Source of the DNA: Octopus bimaculoides
Taxonomy: Eukaryota
Direction of reading: 5' to 3'
Assembly (NCBI RefSeq): GCF_001194135.2
Contig: NC_068989.1
Location: forward strand, 43,652,218-43,716,217
Length of the DNA: 64,000 nucleotides
Position numbers and translations under genes: made by a program. The notes beneath the pieces were generated by a model. That model was not told where the DNA came from. It did no database searches and saw only the letters and a list, made by a program, of their open reading frames with translations. Of the stretch, positions 12,421 to 25,499 are shown in pieces (position 1 is the first letter of the stretch; every line of letters starts with the position of its first letter).

Positions 12421-13844
12421 TGCGCGCATGTGTATTGATGTAGAACGAAGTGCTGAAAAAAGATCACAAAAAGGATGACAGGGGACTGAAACTCCTGGCA
12501 GTTTGCTATGCTTGAAAAGACACGTCAAGCTAAGTAAAAACGCAGTTGCCTTGCAACCCCAACCAGCTGAGCATCCCTAATCTTGCAGACTCATAAGTGC
12601 TGGTGCCACATAAAAAGCATTTGTACTGGTGCTGCATAAAGGCACCCACTACACTCTGTAAAGTGGTTGGTGCTAGAAAGGGCATACAACCATAGAAACC
12701 ATGCCAAAACAGACATGGAACCTGAGCAGCCTTTCAGGTGGTCAGCTCCTGTTAAACCGGCCTACTTATGCCAGCATGGAAAACAGATGCTTATTGATGA
12801 TGATGATGATGATGATGATATATATCTTCAACTAGAGGTTAAATTCGCCTCATTAAGGGATGGTATTATCCAATGTATTACTGGTTCAATACCTAATATT
12901 TGTTGTGAATAATAATATTCATAAAACAATAGATTTATAAATAGATCATGGTTTATAATCATTCAAAAGAAAGTAAGAAAATGGAGATACAGCATTTAAT
13001 AGAAATTTATCATTTGCAAAAATCAAAGATAGTCCCTTACAACTGTTTCAATTTAGTTTAAAAGATTAAATAGTAATTATCAAAATCATAATATTAGGCA
13101 ACACATTAAAAACCTAATGATATATCCTTTTTCTACCCCTTTGAAGAGATTTTGCCTAATATAATGATTTTAATAATTATTATTTAATTTTTAGGCTGAA
13201 TTGAAACAGCTGTAAGGGACTATGTTTGATTTTTGCAGATAGCAAATTTTTATTAAATGCGATATCTCCATTTTCTTACTTTATTCACATACACACACAC
13301 ACACACATACAAAATGCAATATACATATAATGCAGATGATGATGATGATGATGATATATATATATAATGCAATATTGCATTATTTATATGCATATCATAT
13401 AAGTATATATATGCATATTATATAAGTATATACAAGCATATTATATAAGCATATGTATACACATGAAATTCTGATGATTTTGGGTCGATAACTGATGAGG
13501 GGAGAGCATATCTATGTTCGTTGCGTATTTTTTCTTGCTTTCCATATGCTCTTTCATCATTTTTCCTTGCAATTTTTTTAATGCGTGTGTGTGTATACCC
13601 GTGTTAATATACAGACTTTTTCACAAAGGCACAATTAGATATGAAAAAGAAACCTAAGTCTTTGTTTGCTTGATAAAATCAGTGCAGTTTAGTTACTTTT
13701 TTGCTCTTTTCATCTTCATTTGTTTGATAAAGTTATTTATTAGACTAGATTCTGCTTCAACGAATTTCATGTGAGCCGTGCAAGCATGGAAAAGTGGATG
13801 AAAAAGTGATGACGATAACAACAACGATGATGATGGTAGTGGTG

Positions 13845-15050
13845 GGGCTGGTGTTAGTCGGTAGCACCGATTCCAGTACTTGACTAGTACTTTATTTTAT
13901 TGGCTCCAAAAGGATGAAAGGCAAAGTTTGATCTTGGCAAGATTTAGGCTCAAAATGTAAAAAGCCAGAACAAATAACCTAAGGCATTTTTTATGATCCT
14001 CTAATGATTCTGCCAGCTTGCCACCCTAAAAATAATAGTAACAATAATAACAACAACAACATTAATTAATTCTTTTATTAGCCACAAGGGCTCAGTACAA
14101 AACATTAACTGAAATACAACAACATAAAAGACAAAAACAGGACAACACAATGGGTTTTGTGTGTACACAATATAAATAACAGTTAAAAATTAAACAAACT
14201 CCCAATAGGGGAGGCACTTTAAGGTCCTTGTGGAAAAACCCACAAAAGCCATGGGTGCCTGAACAACAGGGCAAGAGCGCTTCTTTTTTTTTACAGGTGC
14301 ACGCTCAGAATTGGTCCTTTCACACTGGCCATTCTTCCAACATTCACCCACCTTTCAACAAACTTGCTATAAGGCAACATTTCCGTCTCCACCCACAACT
14401 TCCTTTTCAAGTGAAACTTGAAAAAGTTGATGAGGGCTTGGCCAAAGAGGAAAGTGTCTGTTTTTAGCCCTTTCAAATGGGTCCACCATACTACCTCTTT
14501 CGCTACAACCATTAGACAAATAATAATAATAATAATAATAATACATGCGCTGCTCTCTTATTCAATAACAATAATTCTTTCTAATTTTGTCACAGGGCCT
14601 GCAATTTCAGGAAGGGTTAAGTTGATTACATTGACCCCAGTACTCAACAGGTGTTGATTTCATCAACCCCTAAAAGGATGAAAGCAAAGTCCACATTGGT
14701 GGCATTAGTCAAATTTGAACAGAAAGCTAGGAGAAATGCTGTTGTGCATTTTGTCTGGCATGCTAATGATTCTGCCAGTTCATTGCCTTAACAACAGCAG
14801 CAACAACAACAAAAACAAGACGACGACGACAACAAACAATAGTAATTGTTTCTAACTTGGTAGGAGAGGGGAGCAGTGAATAATATCAACCCCCATGTTT
14901 GACTCTTTCTATATTTTATCAATCCCCAAAAGGTTGAAATGTAAAGTTGAATTTGGTTGGGCTTGAACTCAGCATATAAAGAGAGTTAGAACAAATATAA
15001 AAATCGTATTTTGTTTTTCAATGCTCTAACCATTCTGCTAATCTACTCCT
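13845..15050 (-). mobile_element. Cluster of three SINE family 2 copies separated by (AAT)/(AAC) tails, interrupted by a LINE fragment
   Basis: gtacttgactagtacttt...aaaggatgaaaggcaaag...gattctgccagc units at ~13850-14030, ~14575-14790 and ~14845-15050. Same family as the arrays at 40.1-41.1 kb and 48.2-50.3 kb. Confidence 0.7.
14080..14512 (-). mobile_element. 3' end of a non-LTR retrotransposon (L1/Tx1-like ORF2 C-terminus plus 3' UTR)
   Basis: ORF 14291-14512 reads VVAKEVVWWTHLKGLKTDTFLFGQALINFFKFHLKRKLWVE...FVERWVNV, resembling the AKxxxWxxR-type C-terminus of L1/Tx1 ORF2. A UTR ending ggctAATAAAAga follows. Clade is tentative. Confidence 0.55.
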
Positions 15051-15435
15051 GTTGTAAAAGTAATAATGACAATTTATAATGTCACACAGATTTTACATCA
15101 GCTTTCTAGAATAATCTCATGGGACACATGAATACTAAAGAGTACTAGAAAAGCATAATAATAAAATTCTAATTAGTCAACTAGTATCTACACATTTCTT
15201 CATTTCCAGTAATGCCAAAAATTTCGCAAGACTTAGAAATCTAAGAAAGTGAATTTAGATCTTCAATTTCAGGATTCAAAAAAGCAAAATCAAATCAATG
15301 AATTCTAATAGATGAATACAACCCAAATTTTAAAGTCCAAATCCAGAATGTCTTCAACATAATTTCTTAAAGTCTTTATTGTTGCTTACCAATTCAGATC
15401 AATGGAATATCTTACATTAATGTTTTAGCATTTAA

Positions 15436-15655
15436 CCCTTTAGTATTTAAACTGGCCATACCCAGCCCAAATATTCTGCTTGTTTTATGTTGAAACCGGC
15501 CAGATTCCACCTTTTGCAGCTACCCCATAATGTCACTCTAAAAATAAACAATCACACTGTTAAAATCTTGAAGCTACGAAATAATGCATGATTAATTCAA
15601 AACAATGTGAATGAATAAGCATTACATTTCATAGAGTAATTTGAATGCTAAAGAG
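15436..15655. mobile_element. piggyBac-type MITE, copy B (220 bp)
   Basis: TTAA|CCCTTTAGTATTT...GAATGCTAAAGAG|TTAA, with TTAA on both sides (15432-15435, 15656-15659). Reverse complement aligns to 8525-8745. Confidence 0.75.
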
Positions 15656-16807
15656 TTAAACCAGCCATATCTGGCTGTTTTATGTTCAAACTGGCCAAAT
15701 CCAGCCTCTCTGCGATATAGTTCTTTCTAACTTTGTTTTAAACATTACTGCAACTACTTTTCAATTGTAACTAGGGTTGAATGATTCTGTAAATTTGCAT
15801 ATTTACAGAAAAAATATGCCACAACAACCAGATAGTCTTCTATAATAAATTATAAAACTTTGAAACCAGAATGATAAATCAACTTTTAACCTGACTGAAG
15901 CAAATATAACAATGCCTATAATCATTATCATCATTTTACATCCACTTTCCATACTGGCATGGAGTGGACCAGCATGGTATGAATCAATTTTGCTAATAGT
16001 TACTGCCCTCCTAGATGTGGCCGAGAGACCACACCTCACCAACTAATTTAAAGAATGTACTGGGTGCATCGTTCTGTGGTATCAGTATATAGAAGTTGTC
16101 ATGTATTCAACTTATCCACTGGATGCACTTCAATATGCCATTAGCACTTTATGATGTTGTTTTGTACTAAGAGCTTCACTGCTCTTTATTGGCTACATTG
16201 TCATTTGTATCTACTAATAAATTGTATATAGCTCTTTAATAACTCTGTTATTATGTATATAATTCTTATAACAACTCCTAGAATATTGTCTGAATTCACT
16301 TTCTATGTTTATAGATCACTACTGTACAATGCAGCATCAAATGAAATGAAATTTGGAACCCGAGTTTGTTTTCAGTTAGAACCTCTTCCCTTCAGGTTTC
16401 AGATGTTCTTGGGAAAGATCAGGAAGTACTTCCATTTTTTGACCAGAAAAAAAAATTGATATTTTATATTAATAAACAGTCATCTGTGCAGTTGTTAATG
16501 GTTGGTGTTTAGCTGTAGGTCAGCCCTGATCAAAAGCATTTACAACCGAAGACATTCTAACCATGAACATCCTGTCTTTTCAGACATAGTTTATCTCAGA
16601 ATACATTATCTGGTAGGCCTTCCTTCTCTTTAAGGATAATAGAATGTAATTTGTGAGAGATTTAGTTGCTATATCTATCAGGCTAAGCTACCAGGTAGAT
16701 GTTCATGGTTTGGTTACATTGCTATCAAAATCATTCAGAAAGAATATTTGATTAAAAAAACAACAATCTATTTATAGTCTCAAGCTATACATAACTATTT
16801 TGAATAA

Positions 16808-16888
16808 TACAAGGAGTCCATAAATTACTTTTGCGATTTGAAGACTGGAAGTGTGGAAGCTGTAAAGATAATTTATGGACACCCAGTA
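16808..16888. mobile_element. Very short Tc1/mariner-type MITE (81 bp including TA flanks)
   Basis: Left TACAAGGAGTCCATAAATTA vs reverse complement of right end TACTGGGTGTCCATAAATTA: 17/20 identical, TA at both ends. Confidence 0.65.
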
Positions 16889-17433
16889 TTTCAGTAGCAT
16901 TTCTAATAAAATTCAGTACAACATATTTCAATTACTTTTTTTCCTGGATAATCAAGAATTTGGAGGGATTTAGTAAAATAATTCTGCATTATTAATCCAG
17001 TGTTTCAAACTTAACAGAAGGTTCTTACCAAATAAAAAAAGATGAAAAGTTGTAATCCGAATATGAGTGCTTTAAAATTATAGGTTTTGTATAAGAGAAC
17101 CAGAATTTCAGGCAAGTTGTTGATAAAATGGGAGAAAAAAAAATCGACAAAAGTGTATAGAATGTAATGTGGATGGAACTCATAGATGCTTAGAAATCCA
17201 ATTTACTCATGCAATCTATTCTCAGTTTCCAAATAGGGTTATAATGCAAAGTCAAACCCCCACCCTTGTTCATCCTATCCTAAGATGCAGATGTTCTCTT
17301 GTGAGAATAGAAGGTAACAGGAGTAGAAAAAGAGAAATACCAAATGATTGAAGAATTAGAGAAGGAAATAATTGCACAGTAGAGGAAAAATCCACAGCAG
17401 AACAACTTTATTATATAAAGAAACCAACACAGT

Positions 17434-17481
<48 letters not shown>

Positions 17482-20400
17482 TGATCTGCTCCACAAGGCA
17501 CACACAGACACATTTTAAACATGAAACACATGCATCAATAATTTAAATTAGATTCCAGTAAATGATGTAGTAATAAGCACTGGAATCTTGACAAGGTATT
17601 AAAAACAAAAACAAAAGGGAAAGAAAGAAAGAAAGGAAGAAAAAAAATTTAAGTCTCTGACCACCACCCAGCTAAATTACAACAAAGATGGGCAACACGA
17701 ATATCCACAGAGGTCCTTGGCCTCATGCCACTTGATAAGTGGCCTGCAAACATGATTGAAGCTGACTTGTCTTTAGCAGACAAATATTGTATGTGAACAT
17801 ATTTGTTAAGTTTAGTAACAGAAACTGAAGTGCTCTCATTACTCCAAATGAATTTATCATCATCACCGTCGTTGTTGTCATCATCATATTGCATATAAGT
17901 GATGGAATATGTGCGTGTGTGTGTATGTGGATAAATATATTTACATACATACATATATATATGTACGTAGATATGTGTGTGTGTGTGTATGTGCACGTGT
18001 GTATGTATATATATATATATATATATNNNNNNNNNNNNNNNNNNNNNNNNNNNNNNNNNNNNNNNNNNNNNNNNNNNNNNNNNNNNNNNNNNNNNNNNNN
18101 NNNNNNNNNNNNNNNNNNNNNNNNNNNNNNNNNNNNNNNNNNNNNNNNNNNNNNNNNNNNNNNNNNNNNNNNNNNNNNNNNNNNNNNNNNNNNNNNNNNN
18201 NNNNNNNNNNNNNNNNNNNNNNNNNATAGTCGGACATATAATTTTGTATGATTGATTATTTTTTTGATTTTTTTTTTCTTCTCTGGGATGAAACTCATTC
18301 ACACGGATATATTCTGGCAACAAGCAACAGCTTTGAAAATATAATGAATGGATGAAGGGTGGCATATAGAGTTGGACTGTATAACAAAAGGTTATTGACA
18401 GAAGAAATGAACAGGAGGACGGAGGTGAATGACAATGGTGATGGATGAAGTGTAAATGGCTAGGACTAATAATGACTATGGTGGCAGTAAGGAAACAAGA
18501 GTGTGGTAATATGAAGAATGGATGAAGAGCTGGTAGGACCACATCAAAATGAAGTGGAAAGGAAGGCGGACTGTAGCAAACTGCTCTTGTTATTTCCTGA
18601 TACAATAAATTATTTATGGGATGATTATTTATATATTTTCATTAGTATATGTTAATATTACTTCAGCTATCAACCATCAGAATAAAATTGATAACTTCTT
18701 TATTATTTTACTTGAGACTGGAGGATAATATTTAATGATCGTAATAAAATATATGTAATACGTGTGTGAGTGTGTAAATGTTGACTGTAAAAGAATATAA
18801 TATGAAATGAGACATGCACTTTGCAGCTACACACTTTCAGGTTCAGTCCTACAGCACAGCACCTTGGGTAAGTGCCTCATATAGCCCTGGCCCGACCAAT
18901 GCTTTGGGAGTGAATTTGGTAGAAGTAAACTGTATAAAGTCCATTGCAAATACAAGTGTGCATGCACGTGCACATTGTGTGTGTGCATGCATGTGCATTT
19001 GTGAATATTGAGATCACTGTCCTACAGACAGTGTTGTCTATTATTGTTTCTCCATCACCAAACTGTCAGTAGTTCTTCAATTTTGATGACAAGTAGAATG
19101 AAAAACTTCCTTACTTGAAAAACAGGAAGGGTGCTTGGCTATAAAACAATGCCTCGAAAATGTTTCACCTAATCCACAATACCATGAGAAAAATGGACAT
19201 AAAATGAATGCTGACAAGTAATGATAGGATAAATTATGTATTATATATATAGGCACAGGTGTGACTGTGGATAAGAAGTGCATTTTGCAACCACCTAGTT
19301 GCGGGTTTGGTTCCTCCATGTGGTACCATTGGACAAGAGTTTCCACCAAAACTTTGTGAGTGGATTTGGCAGACAAAACTGAAAGAAATCTCTGTGTGTG
19401 TGTGTGTATGTGTGCGTGCATGCACGCTATTGGTTGTGTTTGATACCTATCACTGCTTGACAACTTGTGTTGGTTTTTTATAGAACTACAGCAACAAAAT
19501 CCAAAAGCAAGGGAGACAACTGTAATAATACACGCTGCTGAGATACAATCGAACAAGAATGACTGCATAAATATTTTATGTAGAAGACAACCTAAAAAAA
19601 ATTACAAAATATCAATCTCTCATGAAAGTCAATTCCTGAATATTAGATAATTTTTTTTTTTTTTCAAACCATAGCAAACTAGCATATCTTATTGCTTTTT
19701 AATGAACTGACTGGATGAGACAGACTTCCTCTTGTATTCTCATTTCTTTTAGTCATCCTCATTATCATCATCATCATCATCATTTTTAACATCCAGTTTT
19801 CTATGCTTGCAAGAGTCTGTCAGATGATATTCACTGAAGCAAATTTTCTACAGGTGGATGCTTTTCCTTGTTACTGATCTTCACCTGTTTCCAAGCAAGG
19901 TAATAAATCTCCTAAAGCTTTGAACATAAACAGACTCATTACTATGATGATGATGATGTTTGAAAACAATTAACACACACATATGTATATGTGTACATAT
20001 GTATATAATAATATTTGTTTTTATGTAAAGTTACACCTAAAAACAATTTAATAGTAAACTGAAGGTTCAAATTCTGCCGAGGTCAACTTTGCCTTTCATC
20101 CTTTTGAGATTAATAGATAAGTACCAGTTGAGCATTTTGGCAAAACAGACTAATAGAATAAGTGTCAACCTTAAAAAATAAGTACTGGGGTCAATTTGTT
20201 TGACTAAAGCCTAAACCCTTCGAAGTGGTGCCTCAGCATGACCACAGTCCAATGACAAGAAACAAGTGAAAGACAAAATAATGAAGAATTTAGTTGAAAA
20301 CAACTTTATCATTATTAAGTTGGTGTTTGGTAACATAAACTAGCATGGAATTTTAAAGGAAGGCTTTAATTTAAATCACTTTGGAACAAGAAGTTTATAT

Positions 20401-22399
20401 CACAGAACTAAGAAGTGGTCTTGGGCAGAGTAGTATCAAAGAGTTGAATTTGGAGGTGTTTGTTTTGTTATCCAGTCTATCAGCACTGAACTAATGGTGT
20501 CACTCATATGCCAAATGTCCCAAAGATCATTTATTATACACCAAACTGAAATCAATATCATTATCATCATAAACATTTAACATCCGTTTCCCATGCTGGC
20601 ACGAGTTGGACGCCTTGACAGGAACTGGCAAGGCCAGGGACCGCATCAGGTTGCATGGTCTGTTTTGGCTTGGTTTCTACAGCTGGATACCCTTCCTAAC
20701 ACCAACCACTCCTGAGTGTACTGGATGCTTTTTTTATGCGGCACCATCACCAGTGCTTTTTATGTGGCATCTTGGTTTCAGGATCTCAATTCTATTTGTA
20801 GTGGGGTGGGTCTCCTTGAGTACAGCAATGCACCCGACACCAAACAGAAAATGTGGTAATATTATTTATTTGTTGAGTTACCATCATTTTAAACCTTTTC
20901 CTGGCAATCTGCCATAAGTAGAAGGACTCATTTTTGGATTTACCTGCCAACTCCCACTTAATTCTTCTAGTTATAATGATAATAATAACTATTATTATTA
21001 CTATTATTATTATTATTATCATAATCATCATTATTACTGTCATTATCATTTTCGTTGTTGTATACGAGTGAGTCATATCTGATAACAGGTTGCAAAATTG
21101 TTCACCCATCTACTGACTATCAAGAAAAACTGTACAGGAGAGAAATTTTGCACATTATATAGCTAAATATACAACATCTTGTCAGTGCAGCAGGGTGACG
21201 TATCAGGTGTAATGTTTCGTTTGGTTTTTAATTGCATTGATGAAATAAATGAGCGAATGCTGAGTCATAAAAGGCAACACCTCGTTAACGAAAAGCAGTT
21301 TGTGTAAAGCAATATTTCAAGTTGCTGCCTGCTGTATGTATTTCATTGACATTCACAAGTATAGTTATTTGTTGTTCACTCGTATACATTATGCTTGTTC
21401 ATTGTTGTATATTTTAATTGTTGTTGACTGCTATTTATTTTAATTGTTGTTCAATAGGGTCTCTATCAATCAATGTTGGCCATACATCTACACAGTTAGG
21501 TGCAGGCCTAGGCAAGACTTTTTGAGGAAGACTAGCAGTTGCTTATGCTTGCAAATCTCTCCCTGTGACTGGAATGTGACGACTGGGCATGGCTTTTTGG
21601 TATGACTGACTGGACATTGAACCTGTTTTGGCAACTGTAATTTTTGGCACTGGAGGCAAACACACACAGGTGGAGAGAGAAAGAGGGAGAAAGAGGAAGA
21701 GAAGGAGACTATTTGATTATCATAAAAAAACTTTCCCTCTCCTCATACATAAAAAGCTAAATATGCTCACACATATAAACAAAGAGAGAGAGGGGGAGAG
21801 AGAGAAGAGAGAGAGAGAGAGAAGGGTAACAATAAAAGGTATTAAATGAGTCCCCTCAGATTTGTAACATTCAGGATCATTTAAAACATCTCAATATTTC
21901 TCTTTCTTTCTCTCTCTCTCTCTCTCTCTCCATAATTTTTTTGCTCACAGTGCCAAAGTTTAAATTCATTGTCAGTTCTACTTTGTCAAAGATGTTTAGA
22001 AATCCATTGTGAGAAAATTTTCTCTTTTCCACATTTCTTCAATATTTCACCAGCCATCATATTCCCAAAGTGAAGAAGAAAGCTAAACTAAGTTTAGTAA
22101 TTGTGATTTAAAAGTTTGTTGTCAACTAGAATTAAAACAAAATTTTCACAGTGCCAACAGGACCTGGGGACAAAACGTATGACGTCAAATAAGTCAGTAT
22201 CATATCAGCAATGCCAAACAGATGGCGCTGCCAAAAGAGCTGAGCCAAAACGTACCACACCCCTCCATGACACTGATGTTTATCCAGTCTTGGGCCAATA
22301 CAGCTTGGAATCAGTGTCATTGCAAGCACTACTGTCAGAATACAAAGAGCCAGGACAGACACCACAAGACATCTTCTGCAACCCTCCAACAGTTTTGCT

Positions 22400-22790
22400 A
22401 ACTCATATTGTTCACTACTATGTATTTCAAGTTGTTCACTAATATACTTTATGTTTGTTCACTGATATACAGTTGCTATCTGCTATATATTTCAAGTTGC
22501 TTTTTGCTATATTGTATTTTTGTTCACAAATATTTTTCATTCTTGTTTACTGGTGTACGTTGTATATATTGTGTTCGCTGCTACATTTTATAGTCATCTG
22601 TTAATGTATTTTATTGTTGTTCACTACCACATTGTATTTTTGTTCACTAGTATATTTTGTCGCTCACTGGCAAATATTTCAAGTTGTTCACTGATATACT
22701 GCATTTTTATTCACTGGTATATTTCTAGTTGTTCACTGGTATATATATATATATATATTTTATATTTGTTCATTGCTATATTTCATAGCT
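22400..22790. repeat. Degenerate ~20-25 bp tandem repeat (TTGTTCACT...ATATTT)
   Basis: TGTTCACT/TGTTCATT recurs more than a dozen times with ATATTT spacers. A shorter related patch lies at ~21320-21460. Confidence 0.7.
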
Positions 22791-23671
22791 GCAGTCAAAG
22801 GAATTATAAATGTCATCATGAACAACAAGCCAGAAGCTTTCTTTGGGAAGAAAGCAAAAAAATTATAAGTAACACACTCCAACATATTTATTGAAAATAG
22901 TCGATACTCAGGGAAAATAGAACATTTACCATCTTTAACAGACATTTTTTTCCTTTTCTCAAATATTTCAATAGTTTGAAGTAAATTGAAAAATATTTTC
23001 AAGATGAACTTAACATAAAGAAAACCCCCACTCTAGACATGGATCAATTATATTTGTTCCGTGCTGAGATCACATCAAAGTAATATCTTATTAAAGGGAA
23101 ATTAAAAAAAAAAAAATTGTCTGCAGATGAAATTAACTTAGCACAGCTGGTTTATTATTTTCAAGTTGTTACCAAGAAGTACACATATCTTTGATAAATG
23201 CAAGAATTCATAGTCGGTAGAACAAAAACCTTATCACTACTTTTAAGAGAAATTCCTTAAATCAAACTGTAAGTTATTTTATATTTCCAGTGAACAGTTT
23301 CTGTAAGATAATGAAATTGCTGTTTATGCTTGGAGCTATTTTCACAGAAGTACTGAGGTCATCACAAGCAAAATAATCTACATTGATTGAAAGACTCAAG
23401 GAAAAATTTCTTTTTTTTTTTTTGTATAAATGAATAAATGAGATGAAAGCCTAAAGCTGATTCATCTACCACTGACAACGTATGCTGGGATGTAGGTAGA
23501 TATGATCCCATGCAAAAAAAAAAAAAGAAAACCATAGGATGCAGCAAATAAGATATATAAATTCTTTGAACCAAATATTTTATTATATGTGATTGTTTCT
23601 GCTACCTAGGTGATCTAATTAGCATCAATAAAGAAGCAACAATAAAGTAATACAAAAGTAGAAGGAGAAGG

Positions 23672-23715
<44 letters not shown>

Positions 23716-24045
23716 GGGAGAGAGGGGGGAGTGAAGGAAGCTCAGGGAACTGTTGTCTCTGTTAGCAACAGAAGGTTTTTCTTCTACGTTCAATTGATCC
23801 ATTGGATGTGTAATGTTAAACAGCATGAAAGGCAGAGTACAAGTGAGCTGAGAAAGCAGCTGGTCGTTAAAGGCATCAGTTGATGTGTAACAGCAGAGAT
23901 GACTGAACTAATGTGAACATATCATTCGGATGGACAATGAGTAGTACTAGTAGTAGTAATAGTTGAAGTAAAAATCTGTGTATTGATGATAGAAGGTATC
24001 TGTAACAAGAGTTTGATGAAGGGTGAAAAGAAGGTAGGAAGAGGA

Positions 24046-24682
24046 AGATCAAGGAAAAGAGGAAGGTACTTGGAGCAGAGGAAGATCAGGGTAAAATAGA
24101 AGGTACCTGGAGCAGAGGAAGATCAGGGTAAAATAGAAGGTACCTGGAGCAGAGGAAGATCAGGGTAAAATAGAAGGTACCTGGAGCAGAGGAAGATCAG
24201 GGTAAAATAGAAGGTACCTGGAGCAGAGGAAGATCAGGGTAAAATAGAAGGTACCTGGAGCAGAGGAAGATCAGGGTAAAATAGAAGGTACCTGGAGCAG
24301 AGGAAGATCAGGGTAAAATAGAAGGTACCTGGAGCAGAGAAAGATCAGGATAAAATAGAAGGTACTTGGAGGAAAGGAAGATCAGGGTAAAATAGAAGGT
24401 ACCTGGAGCAGAGGAAGATCAGGGTAAAATAGAAGGTACCTGGAGCAGAGAAAGATCAGGGTAAAATATAAGGTACTTGGAGGAAAGGAAGATCAAGGTA
24501 AAATAGAAGGTACCTGGAGCAGAGAAAGATCAGGGTTAAATATAAGGTACTTGGAGGAAAGGAAGATCAGGGTAAAATAGAAGGTACCTGGAGTAGAGGA
24601 AGATCAGGGTAAAATAGAAGGTACTTGGAGGAAAGGAAGATCAGAGTAAAATAGAAGGTGCTTGGAGTAGAGGAAAATCAAG
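24046..24682. repeat. 37-bp minisatellite, 17 units
   Basis: Unit GGTACCTGGAGCAGAGGAAGATCAGGGTAAAATAGAA starts every 37 nt: 24065, 24102, 24139 ... 24657. Units 2-7 are identical; later units vary. Confidence 0.95.
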
Positions 24683-25499
24683 AAATAAAAGTGGGTCAGA
24701 TCTCAAGATGCTGAGCTTTAGAGATGATGATGATCATCACCATCATCATCATCATTACCACCACCACCTCTTGACTACCATAGGCACCTGAAACAATTAA
24801 CAAAAGCATAGTACAAGCTACTACATCATATTCTCTTATGAATGATGGCTGAGTGTATACATCATGTTACCATTAAAATACCATTCCAGAGCTTTTCCAA
24901 ATCTTCTTTGATCTGTCTACACAAAATATATTTTCCACTACTGAAAGACCACATGTTTGCACCTAGCATGAGTCATCCATCTGCAAACTGCACAGCCGTC
25001 GTCATTGAAACACATATGTCTACTCTAACCACTTCTACTTAGCCTTTCACCAAAGTCAATACATCTAAGAATCCTTTTTATTTTTTTAAAAATTACTTTA
25101 AACCTTCTGCACCTCTGTTGCACTTGGTTCAACAGAGGGGAAAGCAGCTGCAGCAATGCAGTACAGAGTGCAAGATGAGGTAAGTAAGACATCTTGGTCA
25201 TCCACTGCATCTGTCTCCATCTCTAATTGTCTTGACCTGGCTTGGCCTTATTACTTGATTGAATATGGTCATGGATGAGCGAGTGAGGTTGACGGTGTGC
25301 AACTCTTCTTCACTTCAAACAGTCATCATGCAAGATGTTAGTCATCATTAAGGATGACTAGATCCATTGCTCTGGCAGATGAACATGAACATTGTCATAT
25401 ACAGCACTACATAGCATGGACATTCTCATTTTGCAGTAAAAAGAAAAAAAAATTTTGATTCCCTTTTGAATCACTTTGCTATCATTACTCATGCTAAAT

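Noticed and set aside
17027-17160. Minus-strand ...KALIFGLQLFIFFYL|GTAAGA as candidate exon 1
   Set aside because: No in-frame ATG or convincing acceptor found; the hydrophobicity is explained by T-rich sequence.
17649-18605. 318-aa ORF and other long ORFs crossing N gaps (17723-18298, 44229-44703, 45856-46277, 58370-58924)
   Set aside because: Length comes from X residues and (TA)/(CA) microsatellite translation; no protein-like content.
22132-22389. 85-aa minus-strand ORF with a hydrophobic stretch and a nearby GTACGT donor, considered as tetraspanin exon 1
   Set aside because: The frame needed for a phase-0 join to the 12072 acceptor has a stop nine codons upstream and no ATG; there is no tetraspanin N-terminal pattern.
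24046-24682. Regular 37-bp array as a CRISPR or a coding repeat
   Set aside because: There are no unique spacers, the context is eukaryotic, and the unit length is not a multiple of three.
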